64,000 bases of DNA from Marsupella aquatica. Lineage: Eukaryota > Plantae > Marchantiophyta. The notes beneath the pieces are model-generated. The model was not told where the DNA came from. It worked only from the letters and a program-made list of their open reading frames with translations, and did no database searches. The position numbers and the translations under genes are program-made. The stretch covers positions 3,423,801-3,487,800 of the forward strand of contig OZ316891.1 of assembly GCA_973895155.1 (NCBI GenBank), given 5' to 3'. Each line of letters begins with the position of its first letter. The first letter of the stretch is position 1. This document shows, one piece after another, positions 14,717 through 27,400 of the stretch.

Positions 14717-15064
14717 GGTCAAAGGCAAGCTAGAGGGGTACCAAAGGAGTCCCCAAGGACTAGCTCAAAAAGGAGAGTGAAAGGAGTATAAATGTCATTA
14801 AGATTTAGCTGAGCACACTCCCAAAAAGGTTGGGCACACTTCCAAAAAGATTGGGCACTCTTCTTAAATTCCGAAATATGTGGACACACTTCCAAAGATT
14901 TGGCATGCAAGATCTTACCTTTCAATCTCACCAAAACAATTCTGGCCATTCCATGTAACATTTTGGTCTTTTTGTCCTCTGATGATTGCTTTTACCAAGG
15001 ACCTATGTCCTTTTGGTGGAGAAAATGGAGATCCTTTCAGTACCCCTCTAGCTTGCACTTGACT
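14717..15064 (-). mobile_element. MITE family A, 348 bp (one 21-bp unit fewer), TSD TGTA
   Basis: TGTA at 14713-14716 and 15065-15068; terminal base changed (TTGACT). Confidence 0.92.
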
Positions 15065-15360
15065 TGTAACTGGAATCCCTGGTGATGGCCGTCTTCTCAC
15101 AGTTAACCTGTGCTACCTTGGTCACCAGCTTCGCGTATCTTCGTTCGTAAGCGGCTTTCTCGGGGCAAGAGTACCAGTAAGTCTCGGAGAGTTTAGCACC
15201 AACCTCGCCAAACAAGGTCCAAAATCCCAAGGCTGTAAGGATCATACTAACCTCTGAAGTCTGGTTCGTCGAGTCCGAGTTCCTGCCTGGCCAGTCCGCT
15301 TGTTGGTGGAGCACCTGAAAACTTTACATTTTACCAGATATGAGTTCACCTCATTGTCAC

Positions 15361-15662
15361 CTCGGGGGTTTCACTTCCACAAAAATAACACATCACGTGT
15401 GACGAAGCATAGGGTCATTTTATTGGTTCAAATTAAGGGAAGACTTAAGAATTCTCTGAGAAGAACAATATGGTTTTTTAAATCAAATTTTGAGACTTAT
15501 AACTTGAACATTAGGGTCCTTATACCCAAATTTTGGAATATTCCAAGAATATTCCAACAACTTATAGGGGTTGAAAAATATTTTTTTCTTACATTTTAGG
15601 GGGTATGAGGCCTAAAAACATCGCAGGTCATGGGGAGGCATTCATATAGTGAGACCCCCAAG
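15361..15662 (-). mobile_element. MITE family B, 302 bp, 8-bp TSD ATTGTCAC
   Basis: ATTGTCAC|CTCGGGGGTTTCACT ... AGTGAGACCCCCAAG|ATTGTCAC. Confidence 0.88.
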
Positions 15663-16123
15663 ATTGTCACTCTCTAATTAGTCAGTTTGGCCTCCAAGTG
15701 AACCACAAACAAGTTGTTGGAAAATGAGTGGACTTATGTACTAATGCAAAGAACCACTTCTCGGGGACATATGTACCACTCTCTTGACCTCAATTCCTGA
15801 TAACTCTTGGTTTTTCAAGAATAATTGGAAAATGCAGTGAGTCGATTATGTCTGAAACGTGATTCCATCTGCTGAAAATGATAACCATCTATTAAACACA
15901 TCTAGACCTTGTTGTGTGATTGTTCAAATTTCGTGACTAACCCCCTCGGTCACAGGCCTTGTTATATATTACCTTAGCCTTAATTTATAGTTATAGATTT
16001 ATTGGGCCCATACAACACTAGGCTGTGCAGTCCTAGGTGCATTGGTGGTGCTAGAGCCATCATGGGCGTAGTAGTAGTAGACTTAGAGTTCCAGGTGATG
16101 GGTTTTGTGGAGTGAAGATAGCC

Positions 16124-16437
16124 CTCCGGGGTCCTCACTTGTTTCCTTAATTTCTACCCATCACGCAAAAGTAAGTATATAGGGTTACTTTGTTTATTGG
16201 GTTGAGAATAATACTTTTAAATTTCTAGAGAGGAACATTTGGATTTTTAAAATTCAATTTTGAGAATTATAGGAGAAGATAGGGTTTTATAAATAAAATT
16301 TGGGAACATTTTTAGAATATTCCAAAAATATAGAAGTAGAAAAATAGTTCAAAAAATCTCTTTTTATATTTTAGGGTGTTTAATAGCTAAAAATATCAAA
16401 CTTGTTATGAGACCCCCTTCAGAATGAGGCCCCTGAG
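16124..16437 (-). mobile_element. MITE family B, diverged copy
   Basis: CTCCGGGGTCCTCACT ... ATGAGGCCCCTGAG ends, similar AT-rich body; flanks share ATAGCC. Confidence 0.6.
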
Positions 16438-18863
16438 TATAGCCTTAGCTACTGTAGCTGGCTGTGGAGGGACAAGGGAGAAGAAGTGGGAGTTTACCCC
16501 CAACAAAGGTGGCTGGAGGGGTGGATACAGTGTAGCATCAGGCTTGGATGGGAGTTTGGAGGAGAGTCAGGGTGGCAGGAGGTAGAAGCAGAATTGGCCA
16601 GGGGTTACCACTATGAAGGGCTGCCATGAGTACGTATGTATGTTGATAGCCTAGCTGGGTGGAGGATTTGGGTACCGGGTGTTGAACATGTCGGGTAGGA
16701 CTTTTTGAACCTCTTGTGAATCCCATTACATAGATTATAATTCCTTCACAGCCTTGAGAACATGTATTCAGTAACTTGCAAGTTTTTTTTCTTCAAAACA
16801 TTTTCCAAAGCAAAATAATAGGTTCACAAAACACTTTTGATGAACTGAATATTGCTAAAGTAGCAGAGAAAAAACATCCAAATATGGTCAGGTGAGAAAT
16901 ACGTTGCAAGACTATTTATTAGTATGAGAAACAGTTGCAAAGCCAATAACATCAAAAATGGGTTGCGATGTCGTCAACTTTGCAAGGGTGATTTGCAGGA
17001 CTTAGAGCATGGGATATTGTGATGTCCCGTCCCTTCAAAGTATGTGAAGGCGATTTGACCTAGCAAGACCTTTCCTGCGTAAAAAAAAAGCTTTGCAAAG
17101 GGACCAATATCATGCAGTAGTGATCTGTGATCTGGGTGCAGGGGGCCGGGTCATCCTAGGAGGGGGCTATTGGGAGGCTTACAAAGGAGAGAGCCACAAG
17201 GGAAGCTCCCAGGAGAAGGTACGTAAGCTGCGGAGTGGGGCTGGGAAAGGAAGTCACGGAGAGTGGCATCCACGAGGAAAGTTGCCAGGAGAAGGTGACA
17301 AAAGAAACTTGGGTACCATTAGGAGGGCTCGGGATGCCACAAGGAGGCTGGCGGGTGGCAAGAGGAACTGAAGGCCTGGGCGCCCCCGCATTAGTTGAAT
17401 ACTGGGTGAGACGATCTCCCACGTACTGTCCCCAGTTCCCTTATTGAGTCTTACACGAATTCCGAAGCCCCGCATCTGAGTTAATTTAGGCAACTGGGCC
17501 AGATGCACCAGGAACTAGAAGCCTAGCTAGGTGTCAGCATACTGGTGGGAGGAACTGGACAGACTGCAACCTAATCTCCAAACAGGAGGAATGGTTGAAT
17601 GATGAACATCCAACCTTTGAGTTTTTGTGTCTGAGGGTGCACTGTCTGGTGTTACTTTGGTGTCACTGTCATATCTGGTGTCATGTATGTTAAGCTACAA
17701 TATCCTACTATACTAGCTGTAACTCACTGATTGTGACTATAGTCGCTCCCCTTGAACCAAGAAAACTACCAAAAAACCCTGCCTCAAAACTCCCGATCAA
17801 GGGTAAAATGACTATAAATAAATACATAAATACTTATTTTTCTTGGCTCGATTCCAACCTGCCTGTAGCTAGTCACCCATAGGTTATTTTGTTTGAACGT
17901 CAGAGTTCAGTGGTTAGTAGGCTGGGCTGGGTGTACTCAAAAGAAAGTGGCTACACAAGGCAGATCTATCCCCTTCCCATGTGGGACATACTCCCATTTT
18001 GTTGAGGTTTCTCCTATCATTTTGACAAATAAGTAGGAGAACGCGCAAAGTGGTAGAATTGCATACATTCCCACTTCTGAATATAGGAGCTTCTCCGAGT
18101 TCTGATTTAAAGTGGGACCCCACATTGGAATTAAATTTCCCAGTATGTTATGTAGTAATTCCTGAGGATATCTTTGGGTACTTTTAATACTTTTAAGTGG
18201 AACAAGGCACGTGTATTGTTTATGTAGACTGTTAGGTAATGATTCATGCATCATTACCCATTTAGAATTCATTGACACAATTTTTATAGCCCAAATTGAT
18301 GCTCTGGTTGAAGATTTATGAGCAGTTTTAGTGTTTGTAGGTAAGTATACAAATTCCTGTCTGAACACAAGAGAATTGGCAAAAACCCACGTATTACCAA
18401 AGGAAAATACAAATACTCTACTATTGTCTTTTTTGTAAGTAGGACTTAAGAACACCAATAACAAACTAGGTAAAAGTCACACATAAGGTAGGATAAATTT
18501 GATTTCCGACAGGGGCATGTGACAGTTTTTCCCTGTGCTAGTCACATGACTTGCTGACTCTGCTCTATTAGATAACCACGTACAAAATAATTCTCAAAAA
18601 ATTAAAGAGAGACAAATTAATTAATCTATCTAATCTTCGCATCAGCCCGTGCATTTTATATACAGCCCTCGGAGACCTACTGACGGAAAAGGTGAGCTAG
18701 ATAGGATTTCTTCTTTGCTTTTCTGCCAGGCCTGCTCAACCAGGCGACCTACCTCCTTGATTCACTGGCATGAGTGTTAGTGTACAGGCAGTCATGCCTT
18801 GGAAATACAACAAATCGATCACTGCTCAATCCCCCGTCCATCTCCGATTCAAACCAAAATGGT

Positions 18864-18958
18864 GATCCAGGAGAAGAAGATCGGACGCGGGGCAGCCTAG
18901 TGACAGAATTATTGCTAGTCACTAGGCTGCCCCGCATCCGATCTTCTTCTCCTGGATC
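18864..18958. repeat. Inverted repeat: 41-bp arms, 13-nt loop, one mismatch
   Basis: GATCCAGGAGAAGAAGATCGGACGCGGGGCAGCCTAGTGAC-agaattattgcta-GTCACTAGGCTGCCCCGCATCCGATCTTCTTCTCCTGGATC. Confidence 0.95.
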
Positions 18959-19311
18959 CTCCCATCCGGGGCCGGGTATGTGGTTCCTTCTGGACTATAT
19001 ATGCCTATGTTAGCAGTAAAGAGCTCATTATCTGTATTGCGCTCCGAATTGACAGTTCTTCCAAGTAGAGTCTTTCACATCTGCCTGTCCGCTCATGTCA
19101 AGGACCCGGGTCTACAAGGCAACCAAAAATCTGCCTCAGAGAGTAGAAGCTTCAGGCACGATATGACCTTGGTGTTGTAGTGGCCTAGTTAATTTCTTTC
19201 AGAGTTTCGGGTACTTGAGAGAGTTTTCCAGAGATTTGTGCTGTCTCCTTGCATACTTTGACAAACTCACAAACGCATTTGGATCCAGAGAAAGTTCAAG
19301 GCAAGTAAGTT

Positions 19312-20527
19312 ATGGATGCGCAGTGGGAAGAACGTGAAGGCAATTTCGTTGCCTCAGTGAAAGAAATGTCTGAGTGGGACTCAAGCAAAAAGGGGACATT
19401 GCGAAAATTAATCGTTGAACCTGAAGATCCCAAGAGAGAAGAGGGTGAGGAAGCAGTTGAAGAGGCCGAGGAAGATTCAGTTGAAGAGGTTAACGACGAT
19501 CCAGTTGAAGAAGTCCTCCAGGAGAATGAGTTCCACGAAATTTTTAAGTTGATCGCTCGGGATGAATTGACGAACTGTGATCTCAAGAAGGCTTCAAGCT
19601 TCCTAGCAAAGGAGCTATCTGGTCCTTCAAGAGAGTCTGCAGTGCAACAGTCTGTGAAACCTCCCAAGAGAGAAGAGGGTGAGGATGCAGTTGAAGACTC
19701 TGAGGAAGATTCAGTTGATGACGATGACGACGATCCAGTTGACGAGGCTGAGGATTCAGTTGAAGAGGATGAGGACGATCCAGTTGAGGAGGTCCTCCAG
19801 GAGAATGAGTTCCACCCAATTTTTAAGTTGATCGCTCAGGATGAATTGAAGAACTGTGACCTCAAGAAGGCTGCAAGCTTCCTAGAAAAGGAGCTATCTG
19901 GTCCTTCAAGAGAGTCTACAGTGCAACAGTCTGTGAAACCAGTCTCGGTGAGCCTTTGTATATATATATATCCTACTTAGTTATTACTCTTAGTTCCTGT
20001 GGTGGTTGCTGATCATTTCTATTACAGTCAGGAGCTCTCTACTTTAGTTGTTGCCCGTCTTTCATTCAAGACCTAATTGATCGATCTATGCTTTCGTTGT
20101 CTTTTGACTAAAGTATTTCTTTATTTGTGCTTAATTAATTGTCTGCAACTGAAGAATAGGATACGCAATGGGTCCGGTTGAATGGATTTTTAATGGTTTT
20201 GTTGATCCGATCAATAGCTGCATGTTAGTGATATTTCTGTTCCCCAATTAGCAGGCTGTGGTGACTGCTGGAAAGACGTACATCTGTCTTTTGGTTAATG
20301 TCTAAATTTACCGTTTTCTTAAATACGACCAGAATTCTGATGCGGCCTAATTAAGTCCTAACTGTATATTAACCAGATGTGTAGATTTAGACTAAATTTG
20401 CAATTAATGTGTATTCTTTCATGTCATGCAGACTGTTGAAGGATTCACCAAAAGGAGAACAGAATCACCTTTAACATCAGGACAAGACTGGAAAAGACGC
20501 AAAGCACCCTCCCAATCCGAAGAGTAA
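19312..20527 (+). CDS. Uncharacterised acidic-repeat protein, copy A (243 aa; exons 19312-19947, 20432-20527; 2 repeats)
   Basis: ATG 19312, donor TCG|GTGAGC, acceptor TGCAG|ACT. Exon 2 TVEGFTKRRTESPLTSGQDWKRRKAPSQSEE*. Same structure in copy C. Confidence 0.65.
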
Positions 20528-22535
20528 TTCGGAACCGCAATTCATAGATGGACGCCTTTGTTAGATCGATACAGCTCCCAGAAAGGCTGGAGATCGAAAA
20601 GACTCTCGTGATCTGAAGCATAATTGATTTGAAACCTTAATTCACAGGCGGATGGCTGCAATTGTTAGATATCTCCCGGAGTATCCTAGAGGAAGTGTTT
20701 CACTTACAAATTAAAACGCGCACAGAGTATAGAAGCTACGGGAGAAGCCATATGGGTAGGCAAAAGCCGCAAAATATGGCTTATTACATGTATGACATTG
20801 GAAACTGCCAGTTCATTTGTATATTGACATGTCCACAAATTTGGGAAAACAACTTGCTGAAGAAACAAGAGATATTTGTCACTTTCGCTAATGTTTGAGA
20901 CGCTGTTGTAAACATCTTGTCCACAAACACCAGTACCTAGATAAACATGTATAAGTATAAAATAGAGAAAATTTTGATATCAATCCCTTCCGCCCTGTCT
21001 CCTTCCCGCCCCCTTCCCGCACCCCTACACCCACATACAGATAAAATCCAAATACAAAGCAACTCCCCCAGCCCCTCCCCCTTTCTCAAATTAAAGAAAG
21101 AAACCAAATAATAAACAAGACCTCATTCCACCCCCAAATTAAATCCCTTTCTCGTCAGTGCTTTGTCCTCCGGCCGATCATAAGTCTTAGAAGATCAGAG
21201 AACAACAACAGGAAGTAACTTTCAAGCCTAGCAACTCACAGCCAACACGCAGATGATCCGATATAATGGAAGCAAGCTGTATATAAGGTGGCAATAATAG
21301 AGGGAGAGATGGAGCGGGTACACGGGAATATATTGGACCGAGCAAACTAAATAGAAAGGCATATATATAAATTGCCTGGTCTGTATGAAGTCTGAAAGCC
21401 AGAGATCTACCTTAAATTGTTAGTGCCAAGGGTGTGACAGAGACTAGCTAGTACGTAAGTCATCAGCTTATTTGTTTTTCTTGATGTGAAACCATACCAG
21501 CCACCCTACCAGCGAGGCACCAAGTGTGGTAAATTCTTCACTCCTAGTTAATTCTGCTGGCAGGATTGGTAATTTTAGGTTGCCCTTGTTCAACTCCAAC
21601 TTGCCTGACCTAGAAATCAACTACCAACATCCCTACGGTAAAGAATGGGCTTAACCTTGGTTGGCCCTAGTTCAACTAACTTTTGCTCACTCCTTTCAAC
21701 CCGCTTTCAAACAATGATCAAAACCTGTCAATTTTCTCTTTAAAGATACACAAGAGGATTCATCCAATCCTAATATTGCACTCCATATATTACATGTGGC
21801 AAAATGCATGCACCACACGGTGCACCATCCTTGTGGTTTCTGTCTATGCATCGGTGTCACTGTAAATTCTATACTAGCTAGTTACTTACTGTAAATCACT
21901 GTACCATCACCTAGAGCTAAATTTATCGAGATCAGTGGTAAGTAGGCTGGATATATGTACTGAACAAAAATGACCAGTGGACGCCTGGCTGATTCTGCTC
22001 TCATTAACTCCCTCAAGAATAATTTGGAAACAAATTTAAGACATAAAACTATCTATATAATCTTGCCCATGTACTTGACATTGAGTCATAAGTAGCTAAC
22101 CCACAAAATGAAGAGTTTACTTGGGCCAGAACTTGGTAGATGTTTTTGATATTGCTTCTTCCAGGCCTGCCCAACTAAGGCACCTTACCTTATTATTGGC
22201 TGGCAAGAGTGGCACCAAGTGTGAGCTAGCCGTCATGCCTTGGAAATATAACCAATCACTGTTCAGCCCCCCATCGATCACAACACATTGCTGAGCATAC
22301 ACTCACGAACCCCCGCCCCTAGCTAGAACCCACATAATTTGGTCATTTTGGCGTCCGCGCATCTGGTCTTCTTCTTCTGGATCCTCCTCCCATCTATCCG
22401 GATATGTGGGTCCTTCTGGACTGCATATGCTTATGTAATTGGCTGGAAATTAATGGTTCATATATTTTCTGTGTCGGGCTCTGAGAGCTCTGCCAAGAAA
22501 AGTGTTTCAAGTCTTCATGTCAGCTCATATCATAT

Positions 22536-22839
22536 ATTGAATATAAATCTACCTCAGAGGGTAGATGCTTTAAGGTATGAGGATCTTAGAGTTTTAGCTA
22601 TATCATTGAATATAAATCTACCTCAGAGGGTAGATGCTTTAAGGTATGAGGATCTTAGAGTTTTAGCTGCTTACCTTCTGTTGTTTCTGATACTAGTTTT
22701 CCAGAGCTCTGTGCTGACTGATGATCGACAGAAAAAGCTTTAATTTGTCTCCAGCCATAGAAAGTTTAAGGGAAGTAAGTTTTGAGAAAAAGCTTTAATT
22801 TGTCTCCAGACATAGAAAGTTTAAGGGAAGTAAGTTTTG
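22536..22839. repeat. Two local tandem duplications (69-bp x2 at 22536-22668; 55-bp x2 at 22731-22839)
   Basis: Direct repeats read in sequence; single-copy in paralogues A and C. Confidence 0.9.
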
Positions 22840-22994
22840 GATGGTACGGTAGGCGTGAAGATAATGAAGGCAATTTGTTTAATTTGACTCAGTGAAACAA
22901 GTGTCTGAGTGTGACGGACTGTATCAAAAAGGGGACGTTGTAAAAATTATCCATTGACCCTAAAGATCTCGAGAGAGAAGAGGTTGAGGAGGAA

Positions 22995-24470
22995 TCAAGC
23001 AAGATCAATGCACTCAATTGCTGCAGCATTGACCGAAGTACTATTTTTGAACTGAGAAATGCATAGCATACTCCATAGTTCTGGCCCTTTCGGGTCACCC
23101 CTCCGGCCAGCGTTTATGAGCACAAACTGTCTAAGTTTGACTTCCAACTCAGAAGTGGAGGTACTTACTGGCAAGTTCTTGATATAGACAGTCTGTTCAT
23201 CAGCTGCTGAAGACGAACATTTCTTCACCTTCTCGAGCACTCGCTGGGAAGTGGTCAATTCTCTGGGAAGATGCGAATGTGAAGCTTGAGAATTATGCAC
23301 CCCGAGGTCCTGTGGTATATGAGGAAGTAGCCGATGGGGTGCTTGGAAAACGTAGATCTTGCAACCTCTTTCACCCTTAAAACAGATGCATAGCTCCAAG
23401 AATGGCATGGTCAAATCTCTTTGGAACTTCTTCCAGCGTCTGATCAGTTGAGGGATCAGGGACCAGAAGTGGGATAAACTGCTCGTCAATAACTGTAGTC
23501 TGCGCTGGATTCCGTGATTCTTGAATATTATCATCTTCAGGTGTTAGAGCTTGCATCACAGCCACCAGTTCTGACGTATTTGCAGGTTGTTGTCGAGCTT
23601 TCTTGCTCGTGGCCAGCTGAGGTAATGATTTTCTTGGCCACAAGCTCGAGCTCTAGGTGTTGGAGAGGTTGTTCCCAACTTCTCTTGCTCAATTTTCACC
23701 AACCTGACTATTTCCTCCGCGGCAAGCTCCATCTCTGGCAGGTGTAGAGGCTGGCACCAACTCTACCTTCTAAGCTAACGGTTTCCTTAGCCCCAACGTT
23801 CACATCTGGTGTAGAGATTAATGGTGACACTTCCTGCTCAGTACGTGCCCACAATTTCTTCCACCGCTGCTTTCACCCAGAGTGGAGGGGTTGCATTGTC
23901 CCCTGACTTATGACTTAATTTTGTCCACCACAAGCCGTTGCATTCACTGCTTGATCTTTGAGTTTGGGAGACAAAGAGGAACCTGATTTTGGGTAGTGGA
24001 AGATAACAGAGTCATCAGCTGCGGCAGTCTCAAAGCTCATTGTCTCAGAGTCTTCCCTGTCCAGGTACGTAATTAACGGAAGATGTCATTTTGGACAAAG
24101 TATCCTACCTCCTGATGAGGGACCAAGAAGAAGGTATGAACAAAACTCCTTTTGTTATGCCCCAAGGAAGTTGAGCCTGTCACGTTGACGGGCATTCCCA
24201 CAGTGAAGATATCGGTATGAAAGCAGTAGTCTGGAGCTTCTTCTCAAAACCATCTACTGACATCTCGAAGCCCACTGTCCCATCATTTCCTACCTCAGCC
24301 CGAGTGATTGTGCTTGAGGCTCTGTAAAATGTGTTAAGCACCAACTCTGGATTTTGTCTTAGAGTTTTGTAATAGACATTCACAAAATGACTTGCAACCT
24401 GTTAGTAGCGAGGACATCCAAACGTGCCCAAACTATTCTATGGCTAGAAGAACTGCAGTAGGTACCTGAT
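22995..24470 (-). pseudogene. G3BP-like (NTF2 + RRM) pseudogene
   Basis: NTF2 motifs HFVNVYYKTLRQNPELV and KRSFVHTFFLVPHQEVGYFVQNDIFR*; RRM-like TVYIKNLPVSTSTSELEVKLRQF; stops and frameshifts. Confidence 0.8.
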
Positions 24471-27400
24471 GGGAAAGAGAGAGCAAAAACAAAACTAAAC
24501 TGGCATAAAGACAAACGAGTGAAACGAAGAAGGAAAGGTTTGCAAATTAACAACCAGTCCACCATGCCAAGCCACGGAAGAGAGCCAGCAACATGTAGAG
24601 CCGAGAGATCTAGGAGATCAGCAAGAACAAGTTTCTAATATGCCCGATGATAGTACCTGATTCTTAGTTATTAGTTAAACTACTGTGAAAGAACGGGTGG
24701 GCAGTATGGAAAATGAGTGGGAAGATGGAGCAAAACCTACCCCGCACAAACACTGCGAATACTGCTAGCTAGCTAGTGACAAATTGTGACGGACCAGGTA
24801 CATGGCAAGTAAGAAGTTGAAAACCCTAAAAGGGACAAGTCCAGGTGGAGCGCTGAACACTGACAGCCAATCACTTTGAAACAAGTGGCATATGTTGAGG
24901 ACAAGGGATGGCTGGTTCAATCAGGCCCAACCCAATCCAACTGACAAAGGACTTACTAGCAACACGTACTGACTTTGAAATGACTAACCAGGAGACACGG
25001 CTTACCCGAAGGCTCAGCTGGACTGAGTACTTATAACGATTAGGCAGACAATTAGACTTAATTAATCTCAACAACTAAGTACTGACCCTACTTACTCGGG
25101 GACAATAGTGGAGGATATGAAGGGACAAAATCTGTTCTATAGTCATTCTTTAATAACTTAGTTTAATACTATGCTCTAATCTCAAACGTTCAAGCAAAGG
25201 CATCTTATACAAAATAGACCTGTTTACCGTACTGCATGATATTAGGGGAATCAAGTGAACTTCAAAATACATGAAAAAATCTGTTTGAACAAGGGGTTTG
25301 TGAAGGAGGAATTTACTTTGTCTCTAGAAACAATTAGTGTAGACTAATTGCAATTGGGAATCTCCATTGGAATTATGAAGATAGGACAAAAGAAGCACTA
25401 GCTAAAACTTTAATCTATATATGTCTTATGGAAGGGCAGAAGAGATCACGGGTAAGCAATTTCCTGTATATCAATTTCCGTTGCAATTAATTATAGCATT
25501 ATTTTCTTTGCTATGCCTTTCTTATACACTTCTAATAGTTGTACCATGTTTATTGGTTTACTGATTTTGTTGATCTGATCAATAGCTATTTCCTTTCCCC
25601 AATCATCAGGCTGTGGTGACTTTGCTGAAAGACATATGTACTTTGTTAATTTGAAATCTAAGTCTACCAATTTTTAAAATACCAATTATAGGTATTTGAT
25701 CTGTACTACCAAAGTCTTAAAAGTCTTAAATTGTATCTTAACCATATAGTGGGACATGTAAATTTTAATTTTATCCAGATCTATAATATTGAATCCCGCT
25801 CATTTTGGTCTTTCATCCCGTTACAAAATACATTTGGGCGGGAATGAGTGACATTAGATCTTTTGGGTAATTTTTTGTAACCATTTGATTATTAATTTCA
25901 TGGCCAAGGTACACTAACACATAACCGACGGCATTTGGAACGACATTGCAATAATAGAGTACATGGGAACAATTGTACTTGAGAGTACAATTGAATTGTA
26001 CTAGATTGTCATGTCTACTCTCCTATGAGGGGACTATAATTCTACAAGGATGCAGTGATTATATTATATTATACTAGATCATAAAAATACAAAGATAAAG
26101 CACAATCCAAAGATCAGGGAGAAGGTGACAAAGAATTGGCACGGGGGAAAGAAAAGAGGGGAAAGAAAAGTGAAAGATGTTCTCTCATTGACAACCCAGA
26201 TTGACAAGTTTTTTCACACCGCCACCTTTTATTCACCTTGACATCTTCGATCTGTGCAACACACAAGCTAGCATTGGGCTAGTTCAAGCATAATTTGCTA
26301 TCATGTGCATTCTAGCTTTTGTGTGATGCAAACCTACTCTTGAGGACAGATTCACCAAAAGAAGAGTAGCTTACATCCTTGGGCATACATTACCTTGCAT
26401 GAGCCTTTAAAAAGGCTGCAGATTTAAAATGCAAACCACTCCGCAAAGTACTGTCTTATATCTGAAGAGTATTATAATTTGAAACCCCAATTCAGAGGTG
26501 GATGCCTTGGATAGATACAGCTACCTTCCAAAGTAAGCTCTATAGGATACACATACATCTTATGAAAGCCAGGGGAGAAGCACTGGGCCCTCAGCTTACA
26601 AAATAACAAAACATAAGTGCAAACGTCTGATGGGTATTAAATATCAAATCCGCAAATAACACTCTTCTAAGCAACAAGGTCCTTGTTTATATTTGCAACC
26701 AATTAGAAGAGGTGAAGGGATTTTAAAAATGTGTCCCAAAGTTAATGAACTAAAGGGCCATGGTAATACCTAATGACACGCGTCACTTGTTCATTGGACC
26801 ACGTGTCATCACACCAATGGATTAGGGGGTTCTAACTTCAAGAAGGACAATAGTATTTGTATTTTTTGCTCTCAGTTTTCATAAGTGGATGCTCCCATCC
26901 CATATGTATGGAGCAACATTAAGAATCTGTGGCCCAATAAGATGTCTGGCACTTTACAAACGGGAGTAGTGGATGACTTCTTTGGCTTGTTAAGTGCAAT
27001 GTCACCTCTAATGTCTTGTAGTGAGATTTTGTTGGAATCTTCTGGAGAACTTTGATATGTAGTCCCATATGTAGTTTAAATTAGATGTTTGTGTGCTAAA
27101 GCCCCAATGGCTTTCACACATTACCAAATATTATATGGAAATATGTTTGTTTAGTGTACTTGCCACTTAATGGTACATTAAATAAAATGTGCATTCATGA
27201 TTGAATCTCTTCACAAAAGATTTTTTTTATAACAAATGAAGGGTGTTTTAAATCTCCAAATCTATCTGATTATTATAACATAGGTAAGTTTTATATAGGA
27301 CTGAAATTTTATTTTAGAACGAACAAGATACATTTTAATGTTCTTCTAAAATATAACAAGGGGTATTTGGGGGGCCTTCGGTCACAGGTATGTCTCATTA

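Larger units (their letters stand above)
12608..15314 (-). pseudogene. Decayed long ORF of a GC-rich mobile element (possibly retrotransposon accessory ORF, helical domain + coiled coil), interrupted by two family-A MITEs
   Basis: Removing each MITE plus one TSD rejoins frames (RDSSY|NELRDY; QTFSQ|TLSRELATY). One TGA at 14186-14188 where the paralogue has W, and one frameshift near 13.8-13.9 kb. Homologous to 58934-60816. Confidence 0.7.
18710..20950 (+). repeat. Tandem segmental duplication unit A (paralogous to 28800-31382 and decayed 22160-26520)
   Basis: Colinear high identity with 28800-31382 across upstream region, exons, intron and 3' flank. Confidence 0.9.
22160..26520 (+). pseudogene. 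Decayed copy B of the acidic-repeat gene, interrupted by a G3BP-like pseudogene and other insertions
   Basis: Upstream blocks (GGCCTGCCCAACT, CATGCCTTGGAAATA, TCTTCTTCT..GGATCC) and start of exon 1 (AAAAAGGGGAC.TTG.AAAATTA) at 22.16-22.99 kb; intron-like match at 25560-25760; exon 2/3' matches at 26345-26520. Confidence 0.65.

Noticed and set aside
17018-18523. Possible solo LTR (TGTGATGTCCC ... GGGGCATGTGACA)
   Set aside because: Weak terminal inverted repeat and no matching TSD
19296-19667. Ser-rich minus-strand ORFs (also 29343-29915, 29952-30218)
   Set aside because: Antisense shadows of the acidic-repeat CDS
24786-25104. Possible solo LTR (TGTGACGG ... GGGGACA)
   Set aside because: No TSD or second copy in the window
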